Below the pieces are notes generated by a model. It was not told where the DNA came from, did no database searches, and saw nothing but the letters and a program-made list of their open reading frames with translations. Positions 47,069 to 57,079 of a stretch of 64,000 nucleotides of DNA are shown one piece after another. Numbering within the stretch: position 1 is the stretch's first letter; every line of letters begins with the position of its first letter. Made by a program: the position numbers and the translations under genes. This DNA is from Candidatus Latescibacterota bacterium (GTDB lineage: Bacteria > Latescibacterota > UBA2968 > UBA8231). The stretch lies in assembly GCA_965242865.1 (NCBI GenBank), contig CBDETK010000013.1, forward strand, positions 5,280,001 through 5,344,000, written 5' to 3'.

Positions 47069-47815
47069 TCAGCGGTAGTCTTCGGCTCGGTCCGCCGGCA
47101 CAAAGCCCACCGTCTGGCGAGCGTGCTCCAAGTCGCGGTAGCCCCATTTATTATCCGAGTTGACGAAGAAGGTGTCGAAGGGCAAATCGAGGGGGGCGGC
47201 AAGGCATTTTTCGATCATCTGCACGGCGTCGCGCTGGCTACACCAGACGCAGTATTCGCGGGACTGGGTCGGGCGGTCTTCTCGATTGACGCGGCCAAAG
47301 CGCAGGCAGAACACAGACATGCCGTGGGCTACGGCGTATTCGCGGGCCAGCTCTTCGCCCCACACCTTGCTCGCCGCGTACAGGCCCGTGGGCCGCAGGG
47401 GCGATTGCACCGTCAGCATGGGCCACGCAGCCGGTACTTGGTCGTACTCGCCGGCCAAAAGCTCCTTGTATGGAGAAAGCGCCGCGTACCCACCCATGAC
47501 CGACCCGCTGCTGGCAAAGAGGACGCGGCGCACTCCGGCCTCGCACGCCGCAGCGAAAACATGGCCGGTGCCCTGCAAATTGGCGCGGAAAATCGCCGAC
47601 AGGTCGTTGTCGATGTGGGCGGCGAGGTGGACGACCGCATCTACCCCGGCAAAGGCCGGCCGAATGGCGTTGAGATCGGCGATGTCGGCCCGGTGGCAGT
47701 CGATCGCGGACAGGGCGCGGCGATTGAGGGCGCGCAGGGTATAGTGCCGGCCGAGGCGGGCGACCGCGGCTGCGCCGATCAGGCCGGTGGCCCCGGTGAT
47801 GAGGACGGTTTGCAT
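47069..47815 (-). CDS. NAD-dependent epimerase/dehydratase (uronate-dehydrogenase-like SDR)
   Basis: ITGATGLIG, VVHLAA, FASS, YAASK. Confidence 0.88.
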   Translation of the reverse strand: MQTVLITGATGLIGAAAVARLGRHYTLRALNRRALSAIDCHRADIADLNAIRPAFAGVDAVVHLAAHIDNDLSAIFRANLQGTGHVFAAACEAGVRRVLFASSGSVMGGYAALSPYKELLAGEYDQVPAAWPMLTVQSPLRPTGLYAASKVWGEELAREYAVAHGMSVFCLRFGRVNREDRPTQSREYCVWCSQRDAVQMIEKCLAAPLDLPFDTFFVNSDNKWGYRDLEHARQTVGFVPADRAEDYR

Positions 47816-47825
47816 GGCGCGCCCC

Positions 47826-49406
47826 TTACATGCCCCACACGTGGATCGCGAGGCCATTGGTCGCGGACTCGCGGCGGTGGAATACCTTTTCTGCCCAAGG
47901 GCTGTCGCCCCGGTCAAAGATCACCAGATGCCCGGCCTCGGCCGCACACCGATCCACATAAGCGGCTGTTTGCTCGACCCCCTCGGCCACGGTCTGCGCC
48001 AAGCTCTTGTGGAGGATTTTGCACTCGACCGCGAACCGGCGCGTCTGCGCCCCCTGCGGCCACAGCAGCAGCAAATCCGTGCGCCGCCGGCCCAAGCCAT
48101 ACTCGCGCTCAATGCGGCCGCCGCTGTTGACGACCCGCTGCAAAAACGCCTGCAACAGAAGCTGCGGCCCGGCTTCCTTGTACTCAAATCGCTCCACCCA
48201 ATGCTCGGAGTGCTCGCGGAAAAACTCCTGAAACGCCGACAGCAACTTGCCCAAGTCCAAGCCGCCAGCGGCATCCACATACCAAGCCGTCTCCTGCACC
48301 AGCCCGGACTGGGCGGCCCGGGTCAGTTCCCGCGGCACCACTTCCGCATAGATAGGGTTGGCCATGCGCGGCGGATCATCGCCGGCGATCAGCCCCAAGT
48401 CGCGGACGTATTCGAGGTCGCGGCTGGAAAAGTCGCGCTCGTCGCCGCCGCTGAGCAGCGGCTCGACCACGCGCCGCACGCGCTCCTCTTGCAACTTGTC
48501 GGCCAACTGGTCCAGATGAGGCTCGCGGTGCAGGATGAGTTGCTCCCCAGCCGCGGCAATGGCCGCTTCGGCGATCGGCTGGTTGCGGTCGCGGCCGCGC
48601 GGGTTCCTGAAGCAGGCTTCGTCGGCGAGGGCGTTGACCAACCACGGCTGGCCTTGGGACTGGGTCCACACCCGTTCCAAAGCGGCTGGCTCAAACGCCT
48701 GCCCCGTCTCTGCGGTGTGCTGGGCCAGCAACGCGACGGTCTCCTCTTGGGAAAAATCGCCCAGTCGCAGGGAGACCGCTTTGATATTGAAGGCGCTGCC
48801 GCCGGTGATGATCTCGGGCTCAGACCGAGCGTGGATGCGGTAGTCGCGCACATCGCGGACGCCGCACAACACCACGCTCTGCGGAAAGCCGGCCGGGCGC
48901 ATGTCGTAGCCGGCGCGCACCTGCCGCAGCACGGACACGAGCGTATCGCCCACCAGCGAGTCGATCTCGTCGAGCAACAGCACCAATGGCGTTGGATCGG
49001 CGGCCGCCCAGCGGCTGAGAACCTGCTGGAGGGCGTCGTCGGGACCGGACCGCTGCAAAACGTCGAACCAGACCTCCTCGACAAATTCGTCGCCCACCGC
49101 CTGCCGGGCGCGCAACGCCAGTTGGCTGAGGATCGCCCGCATGGCGCGCTGGGTGTCCTCGCGCCCGGCCTGCCCGACCTCGACGTTGGCGTACACGCAG
49201 CGATACGCCCCTTCGCGGCCGCTATTGAGCAGGTCGCGCAACGCGAGCAGGGCCGAGGTCTTGCCCGTCTGCCGCGGCGCGTGCAACACAAAGTACTTTT
49301 TGTCCTGGATTAGGCCGAGCACTGCGCCGAGGTTTAGCCGCTCTAGGAGGGGAACGCAGTAATGGTCTGCGGGCACCACCGGGCCGGTGGTATTAAATGA
49401 ACGCAT
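47826..49406 (-). CDS. AAA-like ATPase with C-terminal PD-(D/E)xK nuclease, paralog A
   Basis: FNTTGP, APRQTGKTS, LLLDEID, RTDL...VECK, EQ..Y. Confidence 0.8.
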   Translation of the reverse strand: MRSFNTTGPVVPADHYCVPLLERLNLGAVLGLIQDKKYFVLHAPRQTGKTSALLALRDLLNSGREGAYRCVYANVEVGQAGREDTQRAMRAILSQLALRARQAVGDEFVEEVWFDVLQRSGPDDALQQVLSRWAAADPTPLVLLLDEIDSLVGDTLVSVLRQVRAGYDMRPAGFPQSVVLCGVRDVRDYRIHARSEPEIITGGSAFNIKAVSLRLGDFSQEETVALLAQHTAETGQAFEPAALERVWTQSQGQPWLVNALADEACFRNPRGRDRNQPIAEAAIAAAGEQLILHREPHLDQLADKLQEERVRRVVEPLLSGGDERDFSSRDLEYVRDLGLIAGDDPPRMANPIYAEVVPRELTRAAQSGLVQETAWYVDAAGGLDLGKLLSAFQEFFREHSEHWVERFEYKEAGPQLLLQAFLQRVVNSGGRIEREYGLGRRRTDLLLLWPQGAQTRRFAVECKILHKSLAQTVAEGVEQTAAYVDRCAAEAGHLVIFDRGDSPWAEKVFHRRESATNGLAIHVWGM

Positions 49407-49531
49407 GAGGGTTCTAAGCAGGTTGCTGGGGCTGGGCGTGTCTGATGTATAAACCAACTCGCTTAACATGGCAAGCTCCCATCCCGCCGCGCGGATTGTC
49501 GGCAAGGGGTGGTTTGGCTAATATAAACCCC

Positions 49532-50806
49532 GTGCAATCCGCGAAAAAACTACTAATTCCATTATGTATGAGCCTCCTCGTCGCCTGCGGGGGCGACGAC
49601 CGCCCTCGGCCCGGCGAGCCGACCGAGGTGGTGTTGTGGGAGTTCGGGGGCGTCCCGGGCCTGCGCGTCTGGGTGCAGCAAGCCGTGGCCGACTTCAACG
49701 CCGAGCGCAACGACATCCAAATCGAGCTGGAATTCCGCGATTGGGCGACCCAGCGCGAGAGCCTGATCAGCACCACCATCGTCGGCGATGGGCCGGATAT
49801 TGTGCGCGTCCATCACAAGTACTCGGTCGAGTTCGGCGAGTTGGGGGGATTGTACGCGCTGGAGAATTTCCCGGACTTTCCCCAAGTCAAGGAGCGCGTC
49901 CTCGACAATGTTTGGGAGCTGGTCGAATACGACGACCAGCACTACGGCCTGCCGGTGACCATGCTGCCCTTTGTGCTGGCGGTCAATACCGACATCATGG
50001 CGCGGCTGGGACTCGAAGTCCCCCAAACGTGGGACGAGATGCTGGCCCTCGGCCCAAAATTCGCCGGCACCGGGATCGATCCTTTTACCATGCCCGGGGG
50101 CGTCAACCTCGACACGGCCTACCGCTTCCTGCCGCTGCTGTACAAAGCGGGCGGGCGCGTCTTTAACGAAGATTGGTCGACCGCGGCCTTTAACGGCCCG
50201 GCCGGGTTGGCCGCGCTGGAGTTTTTAGTCGAGATGAAGGTCAAGGGCTATTTGCCGGCCGGCAGCGCGGCCTATCGCTTTGACGAAAACGCCGCGCACT
50301 GGTCAACGGGCAAGGCGGCCCTGTCGATTGAGGGGCCGTGGTGGCAGGACATCGTCCACGGCAACTACGGCTTCGACCTGAACAATCTGGCACTGGCGCA
50401 AATCCCCGCGCCGGCAGCGCGTATTGGGCCGCATCCTGCGCGGACGTTGCTCGACGTAATCATGATTGCCATAACGGGCTATACCCAAGTTCCCAATGAA
50501 GCGTGGGAAGTGGTCAAGGCACTCAACTTGGACCATCCGGTCTGGCGCAATCCCAACCCCACTATGGGCGGTATTCCCACGCTCAAGGCGGCCTATGCCG
50601 AAGGCGTGCAGTCCGACTATATCGACTTGGACCAGCTCGCGCTTGCCGGGGCCAATGGGCTGGGCTGGCCCGGGCATCCGGCCATTACCCAAGTCCAGCG
50701 GCACATTGCCGACGCGGTCAATATGGCCCTGACCGGCGCACTAAGCCCCAAGGAGGCGTTGGACTTGGCGGCCGAGGAAGTCAATGAGGTGTTGAGTGAT
50801 TACTAG
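49532..50806 (+). CDS. Carbohydrate ABC transporter substrate-binding lipoprotein
   Basis: Lipobox LVAC, GPDI, YGLP, GKAAL.IEGPW; start (GTG 49532) is approximate. Confidence 0.88.
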   Translation: MQSAKKLLIPLCMSLLVACGGDDRPRPGEPTEVVLWEFGGVPGLRVWVQQAVADFNAERNDIQIELEFRDWATQRESLISTTIVGDGPDIVRVHHKYSVEFGELGGLYALENFPDFPQVKERVLDNVWELVEYDDQHYGLPVTMLPFVLAVNTDIMARLGLEVPQTWDEMLALGPKFAGTGIDPFTMPGGVNLDTAYRFLPLLYKAGGRVFNEDWSTAAFNGPAGLAALEFLVEMKVKGYLPAGSAAYRFDENAAHWSTGKAALSIEGPWWQDIVHGNYGFDLNNLALAQIPAPAARIGPHPARTLLDVIMIAITGYTQVPNEAWEVVKALNLDHPVWRNPNPTMGGIPTLKAAYAEGVQSDYIDLDQLALAGANGLGWPGHPAITQVQRHIADAVNMALTGALSPKEALDLAAEEVNEVLSDY

Positions 50807-51689
50807 AAAAAACTTGACGCCTTATTACTTTTTGCTGCCGGCCCTGCTGGTCTTGGCGGTGGTCATCCTCTACCCGGTGTTCAGCAATCTGATCATGAGC
50901 CTGCACAAGGTGAAGCTCTTTCGCGGAGCCGGCGACGAGTTCATCGGCCTGACCCACTACGCCAAGCTCCTCGGCAGCCGCACCTTTGTCAACAGCATCT
51001 GGAGTTCGGTGCGCTTTACGCTCTACTCCCTGCCCCTGGCCTTCGTCTTGGGCTTGGGCATGGCCTTGATTTTCAACGAGATTCGCAAGTATCGGCCGGT
51101 CTTTACCGGGTTTTTGCTCATCCCTTGGGCCATCGCCCCGGTCGTAACCGGCTATATGTGGCGCTGGCTCTTCCACGACAGCTTTGGGCTGGTCAATCAC
51201 CTGTTGTTGAGCCTCGGCTTCATCGACGCCAATATCCCTTGGCTGGCGCAGCCGGACGCGGCCCTCGGCGCGGTGGTGGTGGCCAATGTTTGGCGCTTCA
51301 TGCCTTACATCACCATCATGCTGCTGGCGGGTTTGCAGGGGGTTTCGGCTGAGCTGTACGAGGCCGCGCACGTCGATGGGGCCAATGTGTTCGCGCGCTT
51401 CTTCCACGTGACCCTGCCCCAGCTCAAACACGTGATCGGCGTAGTCTTTCTCTTCGCCACGATTTGGATGGTCAACGACTTTGCCCTGATCTTCATAATG
51501 ACCGAGGGCGGCCCGGCCAAGGCCACGCAGGTGGTGCCGATCACGGTCTATCGCATCGCCTTCGAGCACCTGCGGCTCGGCAAGGGCGCGGCCGCGGCCC
51601 TCATCCTGCTGCTCTTTTTGCTGGCCATGAGCATCGTCTTCATCCGCGTGCTCTTCCGCGAGGAGAAGCGAGGGGCGGATGCGCGTTAA
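50796..51689 (+). CDS. Carbohydrate ABC transporter permease
   Basis: FIGL..Y; EAA loop ELYEAAHVDGA; T.GGP. Confidence 0.92.
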   Translation: MITRKNLTPYYFLLPALLVLAVVILYPVFSNLIMSLHKVKLFRGAGDEFIGLTHYAKLLGSRTFVNSIWSSVRFTLYSLPLAFVLGLGMALIFNEIRKYRPVFTGFLLIPWAIAPVVTGYMWRWLFHDSFGLVNHLLLSLGFIDANIPWLAQPDAALGAVVVANVWRFMPYITIMLLAGLQGVSAELYEAAHVDGANVFARFFHVTLPQLKHVIGVVFLFATIWMVNDFALIFIMTEGGPAKATQVVPITVYRIAFEHLRLGKGAAAALILLLFLLAMSIVFIRVLFREEKRGADAR

Positions 51690-52518
51690 AACCCAAGCGA
51701 CGCTCCGCGCCTATCTCGCCTACGGCCTAGGCTCCGTCTTTGTGCTCGCGCTGGTGATGCCCCTGATCTGGGTGGTGACCACGTCCATGCGCCCCCTGTC
51801 CGAGATGACGCAGACGCCCCCCTTAGTCTTTCCGCGCTCCCTCACCTTGAACGCCTACGTCGAGATGTGGGACACTGGGCCGTTTGTCAAATACTTTGCC
51901 AACAGCGTGGCGATTTCCCTTTCGACCGCCCTCATTGCCCTCGCGTTTAGCGTCTGCGCGGCCTACGCCTTTGCCCGCTTCCGCTTTCGCGGCAACACCT
52001 TGTTGCTAATGATAGTGGTGATGTCGCAAATGCTGCCCGGCTCGTCGATCCTCATCCCGCTCTTTCAGGTGATTCGCTCGCTCGGCTTGCTCGACACGCA
52101 CGTGGGCATGGTGCTGATCTACACGGGCTTTGCCATCCCCTTTTGCACTTGGCTGCTCAACGGCTATTTTCGCGCCATCCCCACCGACCTGGAGCAGGCC
52201 GCGCTCATCGATGGCTGCAATCGCCTCCAACTGCTCTACCGCATCGTCTTGCCGCTGGCCGCGCCGGCAATCGTAGCGGTGGGGACCTTTGCGTTTTTGC
52301 TTTCGTGGAATGAATTCTTGTTCGCCTTTGTGTTCACCAAGTCCCAAGCCCTGACCATTCCGGTGGGGCTGCGCGCCGCGTTTTTGGGGCAATACGTCAA
52401 CAAATACGACCAGCTGTTCGCCGCGTCGCTGATCTTTAGCCTGCCGCCCATCGCGCTCTTCGTGGGATTGCAACGCTACTTTGTGCAGGGACTGACGGCT
52501 GGGGCTGTCAAGGGATAA
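51679..52518 (+). CDS. Carbohydrate ABC transporter permease
   Basis: AAYAFARF.F.G, LEQAALIDG, WNEFLFA, GLTAGAVKG. Confidence 0.92.
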   Translation: MRVKTQATLRAYLAYGLGSVFVLALVMPLIWVVTTSMRPLSEMTQTPPLVFPRSLTLNAYVEMWDTGPFVKYFANSVAISLSTALIALAFSVCAAYAFARFRFRGNTLLLMIVVMSQMLPGSSILIPLFQVIRSLGLLDTHVGMVLIYTGFAIPFCTWLLNGYFRAIPTDLEQAALIDGCNRLQLLYRIVLPLAAPAIVAVGTFAFLLSWNEFLFAFVFTKSQALTIPVGLRAAFLGQYVNKYDQLFAASLIFSLPPIALFVGLQRYFVQGLTAGAVKG

Positions 52519-52530
52519 GGAGTCTTCGCT

Positions 52531-54105
52531 ATGCGTTTTTTTAATACGAGCGGTCCGGTCGTCGCCGACGATCACTACTGCATCCCGCCGTTGGAGCGGC
52601 TAAACCTTGCCGAGGTGCGCCGGCTCATCCGCGACAAACGCTACTTCATTCTGCATGCGCCGAGGCAGACGGGCAAGACCTCGGCTCTGCTGGCTCTGCG
52701 CGACCTGCTCAACGCCGAAGGGAGCTACGGCTGCGTGTACGTCAACATCGAGGGGGGACAGGCCGGGCGAGAGAATGTGGAACAGGTGATGCGCACCATC
52801 TTGGGCGAACTGACCTCTTGGGCGAGCTCGACGCTGGGCGACGAGTTTTTGGATTCCATCTGGCTCGATATTTTGGCTAACTATGGTCCGCACAGCGCGT
52901 TGCGCGAGGCCCTGACGCGCTGGTCGGCGGCGGCACCAAAGCCGCTGGTGCTGCTGATCGACGAAATCGATGCCCTGATCGGGGATTCGCTGCTGTCGGT
53001 GCTGCGTCAGTTGCGGGCGGGCTACGTGCGTCGGCCTGGAGCGTTTCCCCAGAGCGTGGTGTTGTGCGGGGTGCGCGACGTGCGCGATTACCGCATTCAA
53101 TCGACGGTCGAGAACGCGATCATTGCCGGCGGCAGTGCGTTCAACATCAAGGCGCGGTCGCTGCGTCTGGGCGACTTTTCCCGCGAAGAGGTGTCCACCT
53201 TGCTCGGTCAGCACACTGAAGAGACCGGCCAAGCGTTTACCGCCGAGGCACTGGAGACGGTCTGGACGCAGACCCAAGGGCAGCCGTGGCTGGTCAACGC
53301 GCTGGCCGACGAAGCCTGCTTTTACGGCGTCGCCCAAGATCGCCAGCACCCGGTCGCGGCCGAGGCCATTCTCGCCGCGCAAGAGCAACTCATCCTGCGG
53401 CGCGAGACCCATCTCGACCAGTTGGCCGATAAGCTCAAGGAGGAACGGGTGCGCCGGGTGGTCGAGCCGTTGCTGAGCGGCGGCGAGCAGCGCCGCTTTG
53501 TGGACCGCGATTTGGAGTACGTGCGCGATCTGGGGTTGGTCGCGCAAGATCGTCCACTCCGCATTGCCAATCCGATTTACGCCGAGGTCGTGCCGCGCGA
53601 ACTGACGTGGGTCGTGCAAGAGGAGTTCGATCAAGAAACCGCGTGGTACGTGGATAGCGAAGGAGGTTTGGATGTGGGCGCACTGCTGTCGGCGTTCCAA
53701 GCATTCTTCCGCGAGCACTCCGAGCACTGGGTCGAGCGGTTCGAGTACAAGGAAGCCGGGCCGCAGCTTCTGCTGCAAGCCTTTTTGCAGCGCATCGTCA
53801 ACAGCGGCGGTCGCATCGAGCGCGAATACGGCTTGGGTCGGATGCGGACGGATTTGCTCATTGTATGGCCGCACGGGGAGCAGACGCGCCGGTTCGTGGT
53901 CGAGTGCAAGGTGCTGCACCAGAGCTTGGAGCAGACCATGGCCGAAGGGGTGGAACAGACCGCCGGATACGTCGATCGCTGTGGGGCCGAGGCCGGTCAT
54001 CTGGTGATTTTCGACCGCCGCGAAGGTCGGCGTTGGGCGGACAAAATATTTCGCGACCACCGCACCGCAGCCAGCGGAGTAGAAATCGAGATTTGGGGAA
54101 TGTAA
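52531..54105 (+). CDS. AAA-like ATPase with C-terminal PD-(D/E)xK nuclease, paralog B
   Basis: Collinear with 47826..49406; AAGGAG RBS. Confidence 0.8.
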   Translation: MRFFNTSGPVVADDHYCIPPLERLNLAEVRRLIRDKRYFILHAPRQTGKTSALLALRDLLNAEGSYGCVYVNIEGGQAGRENVEQVMRTILGELTSWASSTLGDEFLDSIWLDILANYGPHSALREALTRWSAAAPKPLVLLIDEIDALIGDSLLSVLRQLRAGYVRRPGAFPQSVVLCGVRDVRDYRIQSTVENAIIAGGSAFNIKARSLRLGDFSREEVSTLLGQHTEETGQAFTAEALETVWTQTQGQPWLVNALADEACFYGVAQDRQHPVAAEAILAAQEQLILRRETHLDQLADKLKEERVRRVVEPLLSGGEQRRFVDRDLEYVRDLGLVAQDRPLRIANPIYAEVVPRELTWVVQEEFDQETAWYVDSEGGLDVGALLSAFQAFFREHSEHWVERFEYKEAGPQLLLQAFLQRIVNSGGRIEREYGLGRMRTDLLIVWPHGEQTRRFVVECKVLHQSLEQTMAEGVEQTAGYVDRCGAEAGHLVIFDRREGRRWADKIFRDHRTAASGVEIEIWGM

Positions 54106-54107
54106 CC

Positions 54108-54143
54108 GTAGGGCCGGCCCCCGTCGGCCCCCGTGCCGGCCCC
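54108..54143 (+). repeat. GTAG-family REP-like palindrome with internal duplication
   Basis: GTAGggccggcccccgt-cggcccccgt-gccggccc, directly after the stop codon. Confidence 0.65.
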
Positions 54144-54179
54144 CGTCATTTGTATGTTGCGGTCGGGTTTCCGATTGGC

Positions 54180-54231
54180 CACTCCCGCGAAAGAACGTTG
54201 CCCCGTGTTTTGACCCGGGGCGGGAATCCAG
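54180..54231 (+). repeat. ATTCCC/GGGAAT-type palindrome interrupted by a second hairpin
   Basis: cactcccgcgaaag ... ccccgtgttttgacccgggg ... cgggaatccag; same family as the MITE core at 38352. Confidence 0.55.
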
Positions 54232-54243
54232 ACAGACAACCTA

Positions 54244-56565
54244 ATGCCTTGGGTTAATCGCTCCTCTCTGCTGTATCCCCGCCTGCTCACCACCCTGTGG
54301 AGCGGCGGCGCGGTGCTCTGGCTGGCCGGCGCGCTCTCAGCCGAGTCGCTCCGCTTTGACGCGGCCCGTGAGTGGCAAACGTGGCCCTTGCCGCTGGGCA
54401 TTGTCGCGCTCGACGACGCTGGAGTCATCCGCCCGGTCGAAATCCGCAAAAACCCCGACCCGGTGCGCGATGCTGTCGCCTTTGGCGGCGGGATTCACGC
54501 GGCCGGTTCCAACGCGCTGGCCGCCGCGCGGGCCATAGACGGAAACCGGCAAACCGGCTGGCGTCCCAACTGGGCCGACGCTGTGGACGACTGGTGGATC
54601 GAAATCGACTTGGGCCGAGCCGTGGCCGCGCGCCGAGTAGCACTGACCTTTTTGGCAGGGGCGTCGCCGTGCGCGCTGTTCGACGTGTTGCTTTCCACTG
54701 GGGAGCCAGCCATCGACGTAGTTGGCAATCCCATTGCAGGCAGCCTCGTGTACCGCGTACAGGAACGCTTCAAGGAAAACCAACGGCCGCAGGTCGCGCT
54801 GGAGCTAGACCCGGTGCGCGACCCGTTTGTGCAATTCATTCGCGTCGAAATGCTCGACTGTGGGGCGGACACCGCGCTGGCCGAGGTCGCGGTCGAAGCT
54901 GTCGGCGATAACCTCGCCTTGGGGCTGGCGGACAAGGGCGGGGGCTTGGAGCTCATCGTCGATATAGATGGCTTTGGCGACGCCGCGTCGTTTGCCAACG
55001 TGCGACCGCTGGCCGACGGCCGCTTTTCCCTGTGGACGGAAAACCGCCGCATCAACCGCTCGGTGGATGTGATCTCGCGCATGACGTTGGACTTGGGCGC
55101 GGTCTTTTGGGTGGATTTAGTGCGGATCGTCGGGGACTTTTTGTCGCGGCCCGGGCAATTCCGCTTCAACTTCGACCGCTACGAGGTGCTGACCGCCGAT
55201 GGGTCGCTGGCGCCCGATGGCACGCGGATATGGCACCGGCAATTCGCCGGCCAAGCCACCACGTCCAATCGCCAGCTCGGGATCGCCAACCACCACTTCG
55301 CTCCGTTGGTGACGCGCTACGTGCGAGTCGAATGGGTGTTTTGGGACGCGGCCTGCGCGGCCGCTTGCGTGGGGTGCGGCATTGTGCCGCCCTGCCAGTT
55401 TTGGGGCGGCACGCGCGAGTTGCAGGTCTTTGGCGAAGGCTATCCCCAGCGGGTGGTGTTGCCCTCGCCCCTCATCGACTTGGGCGGCGACAAACAGGTC
55501 CACGCAATCGGCTGGCAGGCCGACGCGCCCGCTAAGACGCGGGTGGAGGTCCGCAGCCGCACTGGCAATGACCTGCAAATGGACATCACGTACCACGACA
55601 AAAACGGCCGGGTCGTTTCCGAGCGAAAGTACAACAAGCTCATCCCGTCCTTTAAGGGCCGGATCGACACCGCGCTTTCCCCGGGGGCCGATTGGAGTCC
55701 GTGGAGCAAGCTGTACTTGCAGCCGGGCGAACCGTTCGCGTCGCCCTCGCCGCGCCGCTACGCCGAATTGGAGGTCGCCTTGGTGTCTGAGCGGCCGGCT
55801 GCGGGGGCGGCCTTGGATTGGCTGGAGCTCGAGTTCGGCGACCCAGTGGCGCACGCGGTGGTCGGGGAGATTTTTCCGGTCGAGGTGCCGCCGGGGGAGC
55901 GGACCGAGTTTGCCTATTACATTCGCCCGCAGCAGGTGGCCGGTCGCGGCTTTGACCGCTTGGCGGTGGAAAGCTCCGCGCCGATTAAGTTTGTGGCGGT
56001 GTTGGTGGAGGGCGAAGCGGTGGAAGCAACGGCCGAGCGCACGGCCGAAGGGATGACTGTCGCCTTGGCCGCGCCGGTCAAGAGCCGCCAACTCGTGGAG
56101 TTGCGTTTTGCCGGGACTGTGTTTGTCGATGCCACGCGCTTTGACGCCTTTATCGCCCAAGGCCCGGTGCGGCAGCGAGTGGAAGCCGGCGATGCGTCCG
56201 CCGCAGTCGCCAGCAGCACCAATGCGGTGCGATTGCCCGTGGGAGCGCGGCTGTTGGCCAACGTGTCCATGGGGCCGCTGGTGCTGACCCCCAACGGCGA
56301 CGGGATCAACGACGCCCTGCAAGTGGAGTTCGACTTGGTCAATATCTTGGCCGCCCGCTCGATCGGCCTGCGGATTTTCGATTTGGCGGGGCGGTTGGTG
56401 TGGGTGCGGGCCGAGGAGGGCCGGGCCGGAGGGCGGGCTTGGGCTTGGGATGGCCGAGGGCAGTGGGGTGCGCCGGTGAGGCCGGGGCTGTACATCGCAG
56501 AATTGCGCGTTGAGGGGGACGAGCAAAGCTACGGTCGGCGGCGCGTGGTCGCGGTGGCGTACTAG
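54244..56565 (+). CDS. Secreted protein with discoidin-like regions and FlgD/T9SS-like C-terminal domain
   Basis: Hydrophobic N-terminus; AIDG...W...WWIEIDLG; WSPWS; LTPNGDGIND..IFDLAGRLV..WDGR..PGLY...AVAY. Confidence 0.7.
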   Translation: MPWVNRSSLLYPRLLTTLWSGGAVLWLAGALSAESLRFDAAREWQTWPLPLGIVALDDAGVIRPVEIRKNPDPVRDAVAFGGGIHAAGSNALAAARAIDGNRQTGWRPNWADAVDDWWIEIDLGRAVAARRVALTFLAGASPCALFDVLLSTGEPAIDVVGNPIAGSLVYRVQERFKENQRPQVALELDPVRDPFVQFIRVEMLDCGADTALAEVAVEAVGDNLALGLADKGGGLELIVDIDGFGDAASFANVRPLADGRFSLWTENRRINRSVDVISRMTLDLGAVFWVDLVRIVGDFLSRPGQFRFNFDRYEVLTADGSLAPDGTRIWHRQFAGQATTSNRQLGIANHHFAPLVTRYVRVEWVFWDAACAAACVGCGIVPPCQFWGGTRELQVFGEGYPQRVVLPSPLIDLGGDKQVHAIGWQADAPAKTRVEVRSRTGNDLQMDITYHDKNGRVVSERKYNKLIPSFKGRIDTALSPGADWSPWSKLYLQPGEPFASPSPRRYAELEVALVSERPAAGAALDWLELEFGDPVAHAVVGEIFPVEVPPGERTEFAYYIRPQQVAGRGFDRLAVESSAPIKFVAVLVEGEAVEATAERTAEGMTVALAAPVKSRQLVELRFAGTVFVDATRFDAFIAQGPVRQRVEAGDASAAVASSTNAVRLPVGARLLANVSMGPLVLTPNGDGINDALQVEFDLVNILAARSIGLRIFDLAGRLVWVRAEEGRAGGRAWAWDGRGQWGAPVRPGLYIAELRVEGDEQSYGRRRVVAVAY

Positions 56566-56573
56566 TGCTTTTG

Positions 56574-56666
56574 TGGATTCCCGTTTTCACGGGAATGACC
56601 CCTCCTAGCCAAAAAAGACGGCGTCGATGAACATTCCATGTTTTCAAGTCACTTAGGACTGCTATA
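56574..56666 (-). mobile_element. Partial MITE copy (one terminal repeat)
   Basis: Reverse complement tatagcagtcctaagtgacttgaaaacatggaatgttcatcg...gtcattcccgtgaaaacgggaatcca aligns to 38287-38377. Confidence 0.8.
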
Positions 56667-56902
56667 ATCGCGCTAACCTGCCGATCGGTTGAGGCACCGA
56701 ATTCACGGCCAACCTCGTCGGCTGCAAGGTACTCACCCGGCAAAGACGCAGTCAAGCGCGTACCGGGGAATCGGGACCGTTCAATCTGCTCGCGCCGATT
56801 GCGACAGCCGAGCCGCGACGCGCCTCCTCTGACGGCCGATTGCAAGACTGTAAATAGCTATTTGTAAACGGTTTATTGCTTTTATCATTCCTCGCGCCGT
56901 AC

Positions 56903-56953
56903 TGACTGGCCAGTCAAAAAAGACTTGAAGTTTTTGCGCCAGCGTCATAAATT
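56903..56953 (+). promoter_or_regulatory. Candidate sigma-70 promoter with upstream perfect palindrome
   Basis: TGACTGGCCAGTCA at 56903-56916; TTGAAG(56925)-17 bp-TAAATT(56948). Confidence 0.45.
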
Positions 56954-57079
56954 ACCGCCCTCGCTAACCTGTGTAATTAGGTTGATTCACAAGCGGCGCG
57001 GAGCGCGTCTTTCCGCGCCCATCCTACCGTCTCCCTGCGGCCAAAGGGCGCAGCAGAGACATGAACGAGAGGAGATCTC

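Noticed and set aside
47826-54105. Composite transposon formed by the inverted paralogs
   Set aside because: The genes encode AAA-nuclease proteins rather than transposases; no terminal repeats or target duplication were seen.
56667-56860. tRNA, riboswitch or other known ncRNA
   Set aside because: No cloverleaf or aptamer consensus recognisable by eye; an Infernal search is needed to exclude it fully.
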